Below the pieces are notes generated by a model. The model ran no database searches and was not told the DNA's origin. It worked only from the letters and a program-made list of their open reading frames with translations. 64,000 nucleotides of DNA from Eledone cirrhosa (Eukaryota): the NCBI GenBank assembly GCA_964016885.1, contig OZ024761.1:23746001-23810000 (forward strand), read 5' to 3'. Numbering within the stretch: the first letter of the stretch is position 1; every line of letters starts with the position of its first letter. Below are positions 24,693 through 37,511 of the stretch, one piece after another. The position numbers and the translations under genes were made by a program.

Positions 24693-26083
24693 TATATGTA
24701 TATATGATGGCTGGCCCCTCGTTATCGAGTATGGCAATTGCACGATATACCATTATTAATTAATTCTATCGTGCAATGCCTGAAAATGTAAGAGACACAT
24801 TACAGAATGTATTTCTAGATACACAATGTCAGAAATACTAAGTAACACGAGATGGTCACGGTTGGAAGAATATCTATGGACGAAAGGTTTGCTTGGTTTA
24901 GGCTGACATGTCATGACAGACACCGAGAAATTAATTTCTGTCTGAAAGATACTAGATCCAGCTAACCCCTCCCCACTATAAAGAAAAGATGAAATAAATG
25001 TTATCAAAGACCCTAAATAAGTAACGTATAAAGATAAGGGTAAAAATAAACTAACATCTAAATAACTTATGTTGTATTCGAGACAATCGGGGTAGCTTGG
25101 TTACTAACAACAAAGTTCCTATCATGGTTGACGACTTGCCTTACTAAAGTATTACACAATGTTTATAAAGGTCCTTAGTTTCGCTATCACCTGTGACAAT
25201 ATCTTGGCTTACCTGAACAATATTTAGAAGGAAATGCACGTTTTATTATTTTTTGTGTCTTTGTGAGCATATATACATATATATTTTTTTTTGTTGAAAA
25301 TTCAGCTAACTTTTGTTGAAAATATAGTCAATTTTTGGTGAATATTCACTCGAATTTTATTGAAAATTTAGCCAATTTTTCCTGAAAATACATCCAATTT
25401 TTGGTGGAATATTCAGCCAATTTCTGTTCAAAATTTAGTCACTATTTGTTCAAAATACATCCAACTTTTGTTGAAAGTTTAGTCAATTTTTATTGAAAAT
25501 TTAGCCAATTTTTGCTGAAAATACAGCCAATTTTTGGTGAAAAATCAGCCAATTTTTGTTCCAAATTTAGTCAATTTTTGTTCAAAATAAATCCAACTTT
25601 TGTTGAAAGTTTAGTCAATTTTTATTGAAAATTTAGCCAATTTTTGCTGAAAATACAGCCAATTTTTGGTGAAAAATCAGCCAATTTTTGGTGAAAAATC
25701 AGCCAATTTTTGTTCCAAATTTAGTCAATTTTTGTTCAAAATAAATCCAACTTTTGTTGAAAGTTTAGTCAATTTTTATTGAAAATTTAGCCAATTTTTG
25801 CTGAAAATACAGCCAATTTTTGGTGAAAAATCAGCCAATTTTTGTTTCAAATTTAGTCAATTTTTGTTCAAAATACAGCCAACTTTTGTTGAAAGTTTAG
25901 TCAAATTAATTTCTACAGATTTTTTTGTTCCATTTGTAGATCATATTGATGGAAGAAATAAATTATGTATGTTGAAATATCCGATTATGATATAGAAATA
26001 AAAATTAATTTGGGACTTACTATTTTGTTGTTTTTATCCATAACATGTACTACCTTTCGGATTTTCACTGTTGAAAGATTTTA

Positions 26084-26715
26084 TAGTGATAGGGTCTGTC
26101 TACATGGTCAGTTCCTTTGCGACCAACAAGATGAGCATTCTCATTGAAAGATATTCCACAGTGATAGGGTCTTTCTACATGGTCAGTTCCTTTGCGACCA
26201 ACAAGATGAGCATTCTCGTTGAAAGATATTCCACAGTGATAGGGTCTTTCTACATGGTCAGTTCCTTTGCGACCAACAAGATGAGCATTCTCGTTGAAAG
26301 ATATTCCACAGTGATAGGGTCTTTCTACATGCTCAGTTCCTTTGCGACCAACAAGATGAGCATTCTCGTTGAAAGATATTCCACAGTGATAGGGTCTTTC
26401 TACATGGTCAGTTCCTTTGCGACCAACAAGATGAGCATTCTCGTTGAAAGATATTCCACAGTGATAGGGTCTTTCTACATGGTCAGTTCCTTTGCGACCA
26501 ACAAGATGAGCATTCTCGTTGAAAGATATTCCACAGTGATAGGGTCTTTCTACATGGTCAGTTCCTTTGCGACCAACAAGATGAGCATTCTCGTTGAAAG
26601 ATATTCCACAGTGATAGGGTCTTTCTACATGGTCAGTTCCTTTGCGACCAACAAGATGAGCATTCTCGTTGAAAGATTTCCCATATATTTCACAGTGAAA
26701 ATGTTTTTAGCTAGT
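26084..26715 (-). repeat. ZNF-derived 75-bp minisatellite, unit 7 (8 repeats)
   Basis: Eight repeats. Confidence 0.9.
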
Positions 26716-27860
26716 GAGATTTCTATTGTGAACAATTAAATATTCTCAGTAGTAGAAGGGTCGTGGGGATAGAGTCCTTACGCATGCCTTCCATCCGGTC
26801 CTGTCCGAAGCAACCGTTTCCAACTGGTCCAGCTGCATCCACAAGTGATACCAGCTGAGCTGAGCTCATGGATGTTAGCCAAACATCCTGCTATAGGGCT
26901 CCTCTGTCACTTGGTTTTGCTCGTAAAATCTGTCCATTGAGACATTCTAACCACTGATCAATAACATCGAAAGATCCTGAGTGGAGTAAACCTCAGATAA
27001 ATTTTATTAAACAATTTTTCAATTAGATTATATAATGTTTTCAATAATAAAAATAAAATAGCAAAAAGCAATGGAAATCGGAGGAAGGAGCAACTGATTG
27101 TACACTGCGGCCTGGGCACTATGTTTTAGCTGTACCCTGTGATGGACAGCCACTCCACTTCACAGGTCGAATGTACATACATTATATATATACGAGCAGT
27201 GGTACCCGGCGTTGCACGGGATAAGGTATTTTGGAACGCGGGCCGCCAACAGACTTAATCGTGGAAAAACTGCATGCCTGGACAATATGTAAAGAAAATA
27301 AACCGAATACTTTGATGGCTGGATAATCTTTAAGATTTTCTTCGATGAAGCAGGAAAAATGCAGGTTTTCACTTAATGCGGGCCCTAGGTGATCAACAAA
27401 ATGAATTTTTTTTTCATGTGCATAATATGCCGTGAAATTTCTGGAAAATCGGCTGGACGTAACGCCTCAAAAAAGTCCTAAAAAGCTGAAAAAAATGAAG
27501 TTATTCACCTAATGCGGGCTCTAGGTCATAAAAAAGTTGGATTTTCTTTGCTCACGGTATGAAGAAGAGACTGACTAATACATAGTTACAATTTCAAGGA
27601 AATCAGTCTGACGTAACGCCTCAAAAAACCCCTAAAAACCTGAAAAAAACGCAGTTTTTCACCTAATGCGGGCCTTAGGGGATCAAAAGGTTGAATTTTT
27701 TTAATGTATATAGCACTCCCTGAAACATAAGTAATACACATGTAAAGTTTGAAAAAAGTTGGTAGGGTACTTTTCGAGTTTTAGGGATTCAAATTCACAG
27801 ACACACAGACAGTCATCCTTAGTTTTATATATATAGATATGTGTATATATATATGTATGC

Positions 27861-27927
<67 letters not shown>

Positions 27928-29318
27928 TATATGTATATATGATGGCTGGCCCCTCGTTATCGAGTATGGCAATTGCACGATATACCATTATTAATTAATT
28001 CTATCGTGCAATGCCTGAAAATGTAAGAGACACATTACAGAATGTATTTCTAGATACACAATGTCAGAAATACTAAGTAACACGAGATGGTCACGGTTGG
28101 AAGAATATCTATGGACGAAAGGTTTGCTTGGTTTAGGCTGACATGTCATGACAGACACCGAGAAATTAATTTCTGTCTGAAAGATACTAGATCCAGCTAA
28201 CCCCTCCCCACTATAAAGAAAAGATGAAATAAATGTTATCAAAGACCCTAAATAAGTAACGTATAAAGATAAGGGTAAAAATAAACTAACATCTAAATAA
28301 CTTATGTTGTATTCGAGACAATCGGGGTAGCTTGGTTACTAACAACAAAGTTCCTATCATGGTTGACGACTTGCCTTACTAAAGTATTACACAATGTTTA
28401 TAAAGGTCCTTAGTTTCGCTATCACCTGTGACAATATCTTGGCTTACCTGAACAATATTTAGAAGGAAATGCACGTTTTATTATTTTTTGTGTCTTTGTG
28501 AGCATATATACATATATATTTTTTTTTGTTGAAAATTCAGCTAACTTTTGTTGAAAATATAGTCAATTTTTGGTGAATATTCACTCGAATTTTATTGAAA
28601 ATTTAGCCAATTTTTCCTGAAAATACATCCAATTTTTGGTGGAATATTCAGCCAATTTCTGTTCAAAATTTAGTCACTATTTGTTCAAAATACATCCAAC
28701 TTTTGTTGAAAGTTTAGTCAATTTTTATTGAAAATTTAGCCAATTTTTGCTGAAAATACAGCCAATTTTTGGTGAAAAATCAGCCAATTTTTGTTCCAAA
28801 TTTAGTCAATTTTTGTTCAAAATAAATCCAACTTTTGTTGAAAGTTTAGTCAATTTTTATTGAAAATTTAGCCAATTTTTGCTGAAAATACAGCCAATTT
28901 TTGGTGAAAAATCAGCCAATTTTTGGTGAAAAATCAGCCAATTTTTGTTCCAAATTTAGTCAATTTTTGTTCAAAATAAATCCAACTTTTGTTGAAAGTT
29001 TAGTCAATTTTTATTGAAAATTTAGCCAATTTTTGCTGAAAATACAGCCAATTTTTGGTGAAAAATCAGCCAATTTTTGTTTCAAATTTAGTCAATTTTT
29101 GTTCAAAATACAGCCAACTTTTGTTGAAAGTTTAGTCAAATTAATTTCTACAGATTTTTTTGTTCCATTTGTAGATCATATTGATGGAAGAAATAAATTA
29201 TGTATGTTGAAATATCCGATTATGATATAGAAATAAAAATTAATTTGGGACTTACTATTTTGTTGTTTTTATCCATAACATGTACTACCTTTCGGATTTT
29301 CACTGTTGAAAGATTTTA

Positions 29319-30100
29319 TAGTGATAGGGTCTGTCTACATGGTCAGTTCCTTTGCGACCAACAAGATGAGCATTCTCATTGAAAGATATTCCACAGTGAT
29401 AGGGTCTTTCTACATGGTCAGTTCCTTTGCGACCAACAAGATGAGCATTCTCGTTGAAAGATATTCCACAGTGATAGGGTCTTTCTACATGGTCAGTTCC
29501 TTTGCGACCAACAAGATGAGCATTCTCGTTGAAAGATATTCCACAGTGATAGGGTCTTTCTACATGCTCAGTTCCTTTGCGACCAACAAGATGAGCATTC
29601 TCGTTGAAAGATATTCCACAGTGATAGGGTCTTTCTACATGGTCAGTTCCTTTGCGACCAACAAGATGAGCATTCTCGTTGAAAGATATTCCACAGTGAT
29701 AGGGTCTTTCTACATGGTCAGTTCCTTTGCGACCAACAAGATGAGCATTCTCGTTGAAAGATATTCCACAGTGATAGGGTCTTTCTACATGGTCAGTTCC
29801 TTTGCGACCAACAAGATGAGCATTCTCGTTGAAAGATATTCCACAGTGATAGGGTCTTTCTACATGGTCAGTTCCTTTGCGACCAACAAGATGAGCATTC
29901 TCGTTGAAAGATATTCCACAGTGATAGGGTCTTTCTACATGGTCAGTTCCTTTGCGACCAACAAGATGAGCATTCTCGTTGAAAGATATTCCACAGTGAT
30001 AGGGTCTTTCTACATGGTCAGTTCCTTTGCGACCAACAAGATGAGCATTCTCGTTGAAAGATTTCCCATATATTTCACAGTGAAAATGTTTTTAGCTAGT
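29319..30100 (-). repeat. ZNF-derived 75-bp minisatellite, unit 8 (10 repeats)
   Basis: Ten repeats. Confidence 0.9.
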
Positions 30101-31245
30101 GAGATTTCTATTGTGAACAATTAAATATTCTCAGTAGTAGAAGGGTCGTGGGGATAGAGTCCTTACGCATGCCTTCCATCCGGTCCTGTCCGAAGCAACC
30201 GTTTCCAACTGGTCCAGCTGCATCCACAAGTGATACCAGCTGAGCTGAGCTCATGGATGTTAGCCAAACATCCTGCTATAGGGCTCCTCTGTCACTTGGT
30301 TTTGCTCGTAAAATCTGTCCATTGAGACATTCTAACCACTGATCAATAACATCGAAAGATCCTGAGTGGAGTAAACCTCAGATAAATTTTATTAAACAAT
30401 TTTTCAATTAGATTATATAATGTTTTCAATAATAAAAATAAAATAGCAAAAAGCAATGGAAATCGGAGGAAGGAGCAACTGATTGTACACTGCGGCCTGG
30501 GCACTATGTTTTAGCTGTACCCTGTGATGGACAGCCACTCCACTTCACAGGTCGAATGTACATACATTATATATATACGAGCAGTGGTACCCGGCGTTGC
30601 ACGGGATAAGGTATTTTGGAACGCGGGCCGCCAACAGACTTAATCGTGGAAAAACTGCATGCCTGGACAATATGTAAAGAAAATAAACCGAATACTTTGA
30701 TGGCTGGATAATCTTTAAGATTTTCTTCGATGAAGCAGGAAAAATGCAGGTTTTCACTTAATGCGGGCCCTAGGTGATCAACAAAATGAATTTTTTTTTC
30801 ATGTGCATAATATGCCGTGAAATTTCTGGAAAATCGGCTGGACGTAACGCCTCAAAAAAGTCCTAAAAAGCTGAAAAAAATGAAGTTATTCACCTAATGC
30901 GGGCTCTAGGTCATAAAAAAGTTGGATTTTCTTTGCTCACGGTATGAAGAAGAGACTGACTAATACATAGTTACAATTTCAAGGAAATCAGTCTGACGTA
31001 ACGCCTCAAAAAACCCCTAAAAACCTGAAAAAAACGCAGTTTTTCACCTAATGCGGGCCTTAGGGGATCAAAAGGTTGAATTTTTTTAATGTATATAGCA
31101 CTCCCTGAAACATAAGTAATACACATGTAAAGTTTGAAAAAAGTTGGTAGGGTACTTTTCGAGTTTTAGGGATTCAAATTCACAGACACACAGACAGTCA
31201 TCCTTAGTTTTATATATATAGATATGTGTATATATATATGTATGC

Positions 31246-31312
<67 letters not shown>

Positions 31313-32594
31313 TATATGTATATATGATGGCTGGCCCCTCGTTATCGAGTATGGCAATTGCACGATATACCATTATTAATTAATTCTATCGTGCAATGCC
31401 TGAAAATGTAAGAGACACATTACAGAATGTATTTCTAGATACACAATGTCAGAAATACTAAGTAACACGAGATGGTCACGGTTGGAAGAATATCTATGGA
31501 CGAAAGGTTTGCTTGGTTTAGGCTGACATGTCATGACAGACACCGAGAAATTAATTTCTGTCTGAAAGATACTAGATCCAGCTAACCCCTCCCCACTATA
31601 AAAAAAAGATGAAATAAATGTTATCAAAGACCCTAAATAAGTAACGTATAAAGATAAGGGTAAAAATAAACTAACATCTAAATAACTTATGTTGTATTCG
31701 AGACAATCGGGGCAGCTGGGTTACTAACAACAAAGTTCCTATCATGGTTGACGACTTGCCTTACTAAAGTATTACACAATGTTTATAAAGGTCCTTAGTT
31801 TCGCTATCACCTGTGACAATATCTTGGCTTACCTGAACAATATTTAGAAGGAAATGCACGTTTTATTATTTTTTGTGTCTTTGTGAGCATATATACATAT
31901 ATATTTTATTTTTTGTTTAAAATTTAGTCAATTTTTGCTGAAAATACAGCCAACTTTTCTTGAAAATTTAGCCAATTTTTGTTCAAAATTTAGTCAATTT
32001 TTGTTCAAAATACAGCCAATTTTTGGTGGAAAATTCATCCAATTTTTGTTCAAAATTTAGTTAATTTTTGTTCAAAATTTAGTCAATATTTGTTCAAAAT
32101 ACAGCCAACTTTTGTTGAAAGTTTAGAGAATTTTTATTGAAAATTTAGCCAATTTTTGGTGGAAAATTCAGCCAATTTTTGTTCAAAATTTAGTCAATAT
32201 TTGTTCAAAATACAGCCAACTTTTGTTGAAAGTTTAGTAAATTTTTATTGAAAATTTAGCCAATTTTTGGTGGAAAATTTAGTCAATTTTTGTTCAAAAT
32301 ACAGCCAATGTTTGCTGAAAATTCAACCAATTATTGGTGAAAAATCAGCCAATTTTTGTTCAAAATTTAGCCAATTTTTGCTGAAAATTTAGTCAAATTA
32401 ATATCTACGGATTTTTTTGTTCCATTTGTAGATCATATTCATGAAATAAATGAATTATGCATGTTGAAATATTCGATATGATATAGAAATAAAGATTAGT
32501 TTGGGACTTACTATTTTGTTGTTTTCATCCATAACATGTACTACCTTAGTCAGTTAGCCACATTTTCGGATTTTCACCGTTGAAAGTTCTTTCA

Positions 32595-33445
32595 CAGTGA
32601 TAGGGTCTCTTTACATGGTCAGTTCCTTTGCGACCAACAAGATAAGCATTCTCGTTGAAAGATATTCCACAGTGATAGGGTCTCTCTACATGGTCAGTTC
32701 CTTTGCGACCAACAAGATGAGCATTCTCGTTGAAATATATTCCAGTAATAGGGTCTCTCTACATGGCCAGTTCCTTTGCGACCAACAAGATGGGCATTCT
32801 CGTTGAAATATATTCCAGTAATAGGGTCTCTCTACATGGCCAGTTCCTTTGCGACCAACAAGATGAGCATTCTCGTTGAAATATATTCCAGTAATAGGGT
32901 CTCTCTACATGGCCAGTTCCTTTGCGACCAACAAGATGAGCATTCTCGTTGAAATATATTCCAGTGATAGGGTCTCTCTACATGGCCAGTTCCTTTGCGA
33001 CCAACAAGATAAGCATTCTCGTTGAAATATATTCCACAGTAATAGGGTCTTTCTACATGGCCAGTTCCTTTGCGACCAACAAGATAAGCATTCTCGTTGA
33101 AATATATTCCACAGTAATAGGGTCTTTCTACATGCCCAGTTTCTTTGCGACCAACAAGATAAGCATTCTCGTTCAAAGATATTCCACAGTGATAGGGTTT
33201 CTCTACATGGTCAGTTCCTTTGCGACCAACAAGATGAGCATTTTCGTTGAAAGATATTCCACAGTGATAGGGTCTCTCTACATGGTCAGTTCCTTTGCGA
33301 CCAACAAGATGAGCATTTTCGTTGAAAGATATTCCACAGTGATAGGGTCTCTCTACATGGTCAGTTCCTTTGCGACCAACAAGATGAGCATTCTCGTTGA
33401 AAGATTTCCCATATATTTCAGTGAAAATGTTTTTACCCAGTGAGA
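32595..33445 (-). pseudogene. ZNF-derived minisatellite, unit 9 (11 diverged repeats, several of 73 bp)
   Basis: Leader on the minus strand is ACT GGG TAA AAA CAT TTT CAC (TG*KHFH, cf. TGEKPFH); one repeat reads HVEKPYHC; 2-bp deletions frameshift the array. Confidence 0.75.
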
Positions 33446-33974
33446 TTTCTTTTGTGAACAATTAAATAATAGAAAACGGTCAAGTAGGGAAAGAACGGGA
33501 GTGGGGTCAGTTAACTGAATAATTTCTGACGGTTTTAGGGTCACATTAGTCAGAAAACATAAATTTCATATCCAACAGGTCTAAATGTAAAAGTTTGCCT
33601 AATGTTATTTACCTTTGTTTGTTAGTTTGTGTTAAACACAGATATGACAATAGGATTGAAGTTAGCCTCACTTCTTCAGCCACACTTTCGGATTTTCACC
33701 ATGTAAAGTTTTATTTACTATGATTGATTTTTAAAGTGATATTGAATAAATTTTCTTCTTCCTTGCCCACATATTCTCAAAAGGAGGAGGGTTGTGGGGG
33801 CATAGATTATTTATTTTCATGTTGTATGAGATAAAAGAAAACATTCATGTATATATATATATATCATCATCATCATCATCATCATAGATTAATGTCCATC
33901 TTCCATGACAGGTCCTATTTTAAGGCAAGTTGTGTCGGTTGACCATGCCTCGCTTCTTAACGCCAACCACATTG

Positions 33975-34049
<75 letters not shown>

Positions 34050-34369
34050 CATATATTTATATATTCATGGTGTCATGATAAACTGCATCTGGTACACTCT
34101 GTAAAGTGTTTGTGCTGGTGTCATGATAAAATGCACCTAGTACACTCTGTAAAGAGCGTGTATGAATCGAAGATATATCCTTAGATGTGTAATGTACAAA
34201 TAATTGAACGACGAACCATGGATGATTTGAGAGAAAAACTGCTTGGAAGATAAATCCCTGTGTGCAGACATTTGGTTCAAATGTAGTCAAGGGGAGATAA
34301 TCAAAAAATTCGTATGTCGTCTGTTGAGTTGTACTGAACCAGTTTAAAAGATGTAAATTAAATTAAACA

Positions 34370-35400
34370 CAATTCAGCTTAGGCCCCGATAAGTTTCCTG
34401 CTTGTGTCCTGAAAATGTGTCGACACCAATTTGCATCTCCTCTTGCTAATCTGTGGAGATCCTCACTGGATGCGGGATATATACCAGAAAACTTTCTGTC
34501 CTAGTCTGTTGTCCCAGTTTTCAAAAAGAGAAATAAGTCCACTGTGTTGAACTACCCTCCAATCTCACTCACGTCTCATATCATCAAGATATTTGAGAGG
34601 GTGGTGAGATCACGAACAACTCACTTTCTTGAAAGCAATAGACTGCTGAACTCCAACCAACTTGTTATATAGTCGAAGGAATACAATCAAGCCAAGCCAA
34701 AGTCAGTAGTGGTGTTCCGCAAAGAACAGTGTTGGCACTCTTCTTTTCATCATCTATATAAATGACATTACTGACATCATCAAGCACAGCAACATAAGAA
34801 TCTTTGCAGATGATTCCAACCTCCAGAGGGTCACCAATGGAAACAAAGTATCATTAAACAAAGAATCATGGAAATTGAAGCACCTCAAAAGTCAATCACA
34901 AAAAAGCATGGCATGACAGGCCTTGACTATTGGGGTCGACTAGAAAAGCTTAAACTTTATTCTCTCCAATGCTGCCGTGAGCGCTACATTGGATGATGTG
35001 GACAATATTCCATCAGCATTGCCCAAATGATGTTGGCATCACCTTTAAAGTACACCCAAGGTTTGGGCCCTGTGCTATCCGCCAACAACAAAAATCGAAC
35101 TCACATCTCATAACAACATTACAACACAATTATTTCACCTCAAGTATCCCTGCACTCTTTAACATTACTCCAAAACACATTAAAACAGAAACAGACACCA
35201 TAAAATTCAAAAAGTCTTTGGACAAATTCCTTCAAGAAATCCTTAATAAATCTCCAGCACCCGAATGTGTCTCCGTAAACAATAACTCTCAACTTGAGTG
35301 GGACATGGTGTTCAAATCGTGATTTGAAAGACTTTGCCAGGTGGTGCTATTAAGTTAGACATGGCTTAGGCCAATAATGGCCAAAACCTATCAAAGTTAT
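34370..35400 (+). mobile_element. Degraded CR1/L2-like non-LTR retrotransposon (reverse transcriptase fragment and 3' end)
   Basis: Translates to GPDKFP...VVPVFKKRNKS..NYPPISLTSHIIKIFERVV...SGVPQ...IYINDI...IFADD with stops and deletions; the 3' motif CAGGTGGTGCTATTAAGTTAGACATGG also occurs at ~5044. Confidence 0.85.
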
Positions 35401-35609
35401 TTATACACACACACATTATATATATATATATGGATATATTTTAATTTTAATTATATCTCATATAAAATAATACAACCGGCTTTCCACAAAATACATATAG
35501 TTAGCACCCCAGACACAAAATTGGGATTATACTAACGTATACCCTAATGTTTGTTGAGTGAGATGGTTACCAGTCAGAGTTTAGCTTAAAGCTTTCTCTG
35601 TTATTGTAT

Positions 35610-35692
<83 letters not shown>

Positions 35693-36080
35693 GCTAGCGT
35701 GGAAGAATGGATGTATAATGGTGATGATGATATCTATATGCATACACACACACCCACACACACATATATACCCCCACACACACATATATATATCAACATC
35801 ATCAGCATCATCATTTTACGTCCACTTTTCCCTGCTTGCAAATAAATAAATATATATATATATATATATGTGTTACACCTCTATTCTTTTAAATATATAT
35901 ATACATATATATATATACATAAAATGCTGAAACCGGTAATAGACAATTATTAAATATATAAATAAATAAATGCCATTGTTAATTAATAAATAAATTAACT
36001 AATACCTTAGCACTTCACACAAAGTAAAATATTTTGTTTTAAACATTTTCTAACCCAGAAAAAAGAGAAAAAAATAAATG

Positions 36081-36130
<50 letters not shown>

Positions 36131-36284
36131 CATATAATATATAGGAAAAGGGTCAATCCCGACGGCTGAGCTCCAGCCGTTCCGACAGCTAGATCCGAAC
36201 TCTACTTCCCCACTCTACTACCCTAAGTATCGAGTACTCTGGTGTGCGTTATGGTCCACTGGGTTTCTTACCACACTTTCTTTG

Positions 36285-36331
<47 letters not shown>

Positions 36332-36419
36332 CCAACCTTGCCCAATTACACCTCTCAAAGGGGATGACACACGACCGTCACGCCCCCACGGGTACAAGCC
36401 GAAGCTTAGAGAATACATA

Positions 36420-36672
36420 CAATATGCCCCCACATCCTCCCACTGTAAAGTGGGCGTGTCTGTGCCACAGAAAAAAAGCACCCAGCCCACACTGTAAATG
36501 AGGTTGGTGTTAGGAAGGGCATCCAGCTGTAGAAATCAAGCCAGAAGCAGTTCCCGTATGAGCAAGACAAGGTCAGCTGACCGGAAACTGCCCACAACAG
36601 GACAACCCGTCTAACCCATGCTAGCGTGGATGAACGGACGTAAAACAGTGATGATGATGATGATGATGATGA
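36420..36672 (+). mobile_element. SINE with (GAT)n tail (related copies ~33863, 35690, 53450-53660, 59885, 62015, 62560, 63935)
   Basis: GTTGGTGTTAGGAAGGGCATCCAGCTGTAGAAA...CCCATGCTAGCGTGGA..GGACGT..(GAT)n dispersed through the window. Confidence 0.75.
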
Positions 36673-36698
36673 TATATGTGTGTGTGTATATGTATATA

Positions 36699-36737
<39 letters not shown>

Positions 36738-36920
36738 TAATATACAATATGATATGAAGCGAGAGAGAGATAGCTATAGAAACAGAAAGAAAAAGTCACT
36801 TAGTAAATCAAGGGAGGTAATTTTAATTTCACGTGGAAGAGTGGAAAGATTTAGCGCGAAAAACAGAAACTTCAGAATCAGCTGCGAAGTAGCAAATGAG
36901 GTGTTCATAGATACTGTAAT

Positions 36921-36955
<35 letters not shown>

Positions 36956-37277
36956 AATTTAAAAGGACCGCTGAATTACTTGCTAAAACTTCACGTCATG
37001 ATGTATTAATATATTACTTAACGGATATATAAAACACACACACATATATATATATATTGTACACAACAATTTTCAATATTATTATTATTATATTCATCCT
37101 TACGGGGTCGATAAAATAAGGTACCAGTAATACACTAGGTATTTGCTGACCTTGTGCCAAAAGTAGAAATAATTATTATATTTCCAGGAAAAGAGTCAGG
37201 ACCCCGACGGCTGAGCTCCGGCCCTTTCGACAGGTGGATCCAAACATATATATATATACACATGAAACATACATAAG

Positions 37278-37364
<87 letters not shown>

Positions 37365-37450
37365 CACTACATTTATTATATATCTACATATATTTATATG
37401 TACTAAACACATAAACCTTGGGAGTGAAATAACAGCCCTAAAATCCCAAA

Positions 37451-37511
37451 ATGGATGATGAATTTGATCTTATGTTCGCGGACGAAATGCAGGCTATGGA
37501 AGACTATGATA
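37451..37511 (+). CDS. CHTF18: CHTF18 coding exon 1
   Basis: [23 protein letters not shown], donor GTAAGT, phase 1. Confidence 0.8.

Larger units (their letters stand above)
5381..33468. repeat. Nested macrosatellite: 9 copies of segment A separated by 8 copies of segment B, unit ~2.7-3.6 kb
   Basis: A marker ORF boundary recurs at 5593, 9224, 11917, 15152, 18537, 21772, 25007, 28242, 31627 (spacings 3631, 2693, 3235, 3385, 3235, 3235, 3235, 3385). Central units are near-identical. Confidence 0.98.

Noticed and set aside
8226-31222. Helitron rolling-circle read-through as the cause of the macrosatellite
   Set aside because: Array ends do not coincide with Helitron termini; A segments lie outside the first and last Helitron, which fits unequal crossover better. 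Not fully excluded.
6826-33405. 75-bp arrays as CRISPR arrays
   Set aside because: Units are contiguous near-identical repeats with no unique spacers, no cas genes, and the context is eukaryotic.
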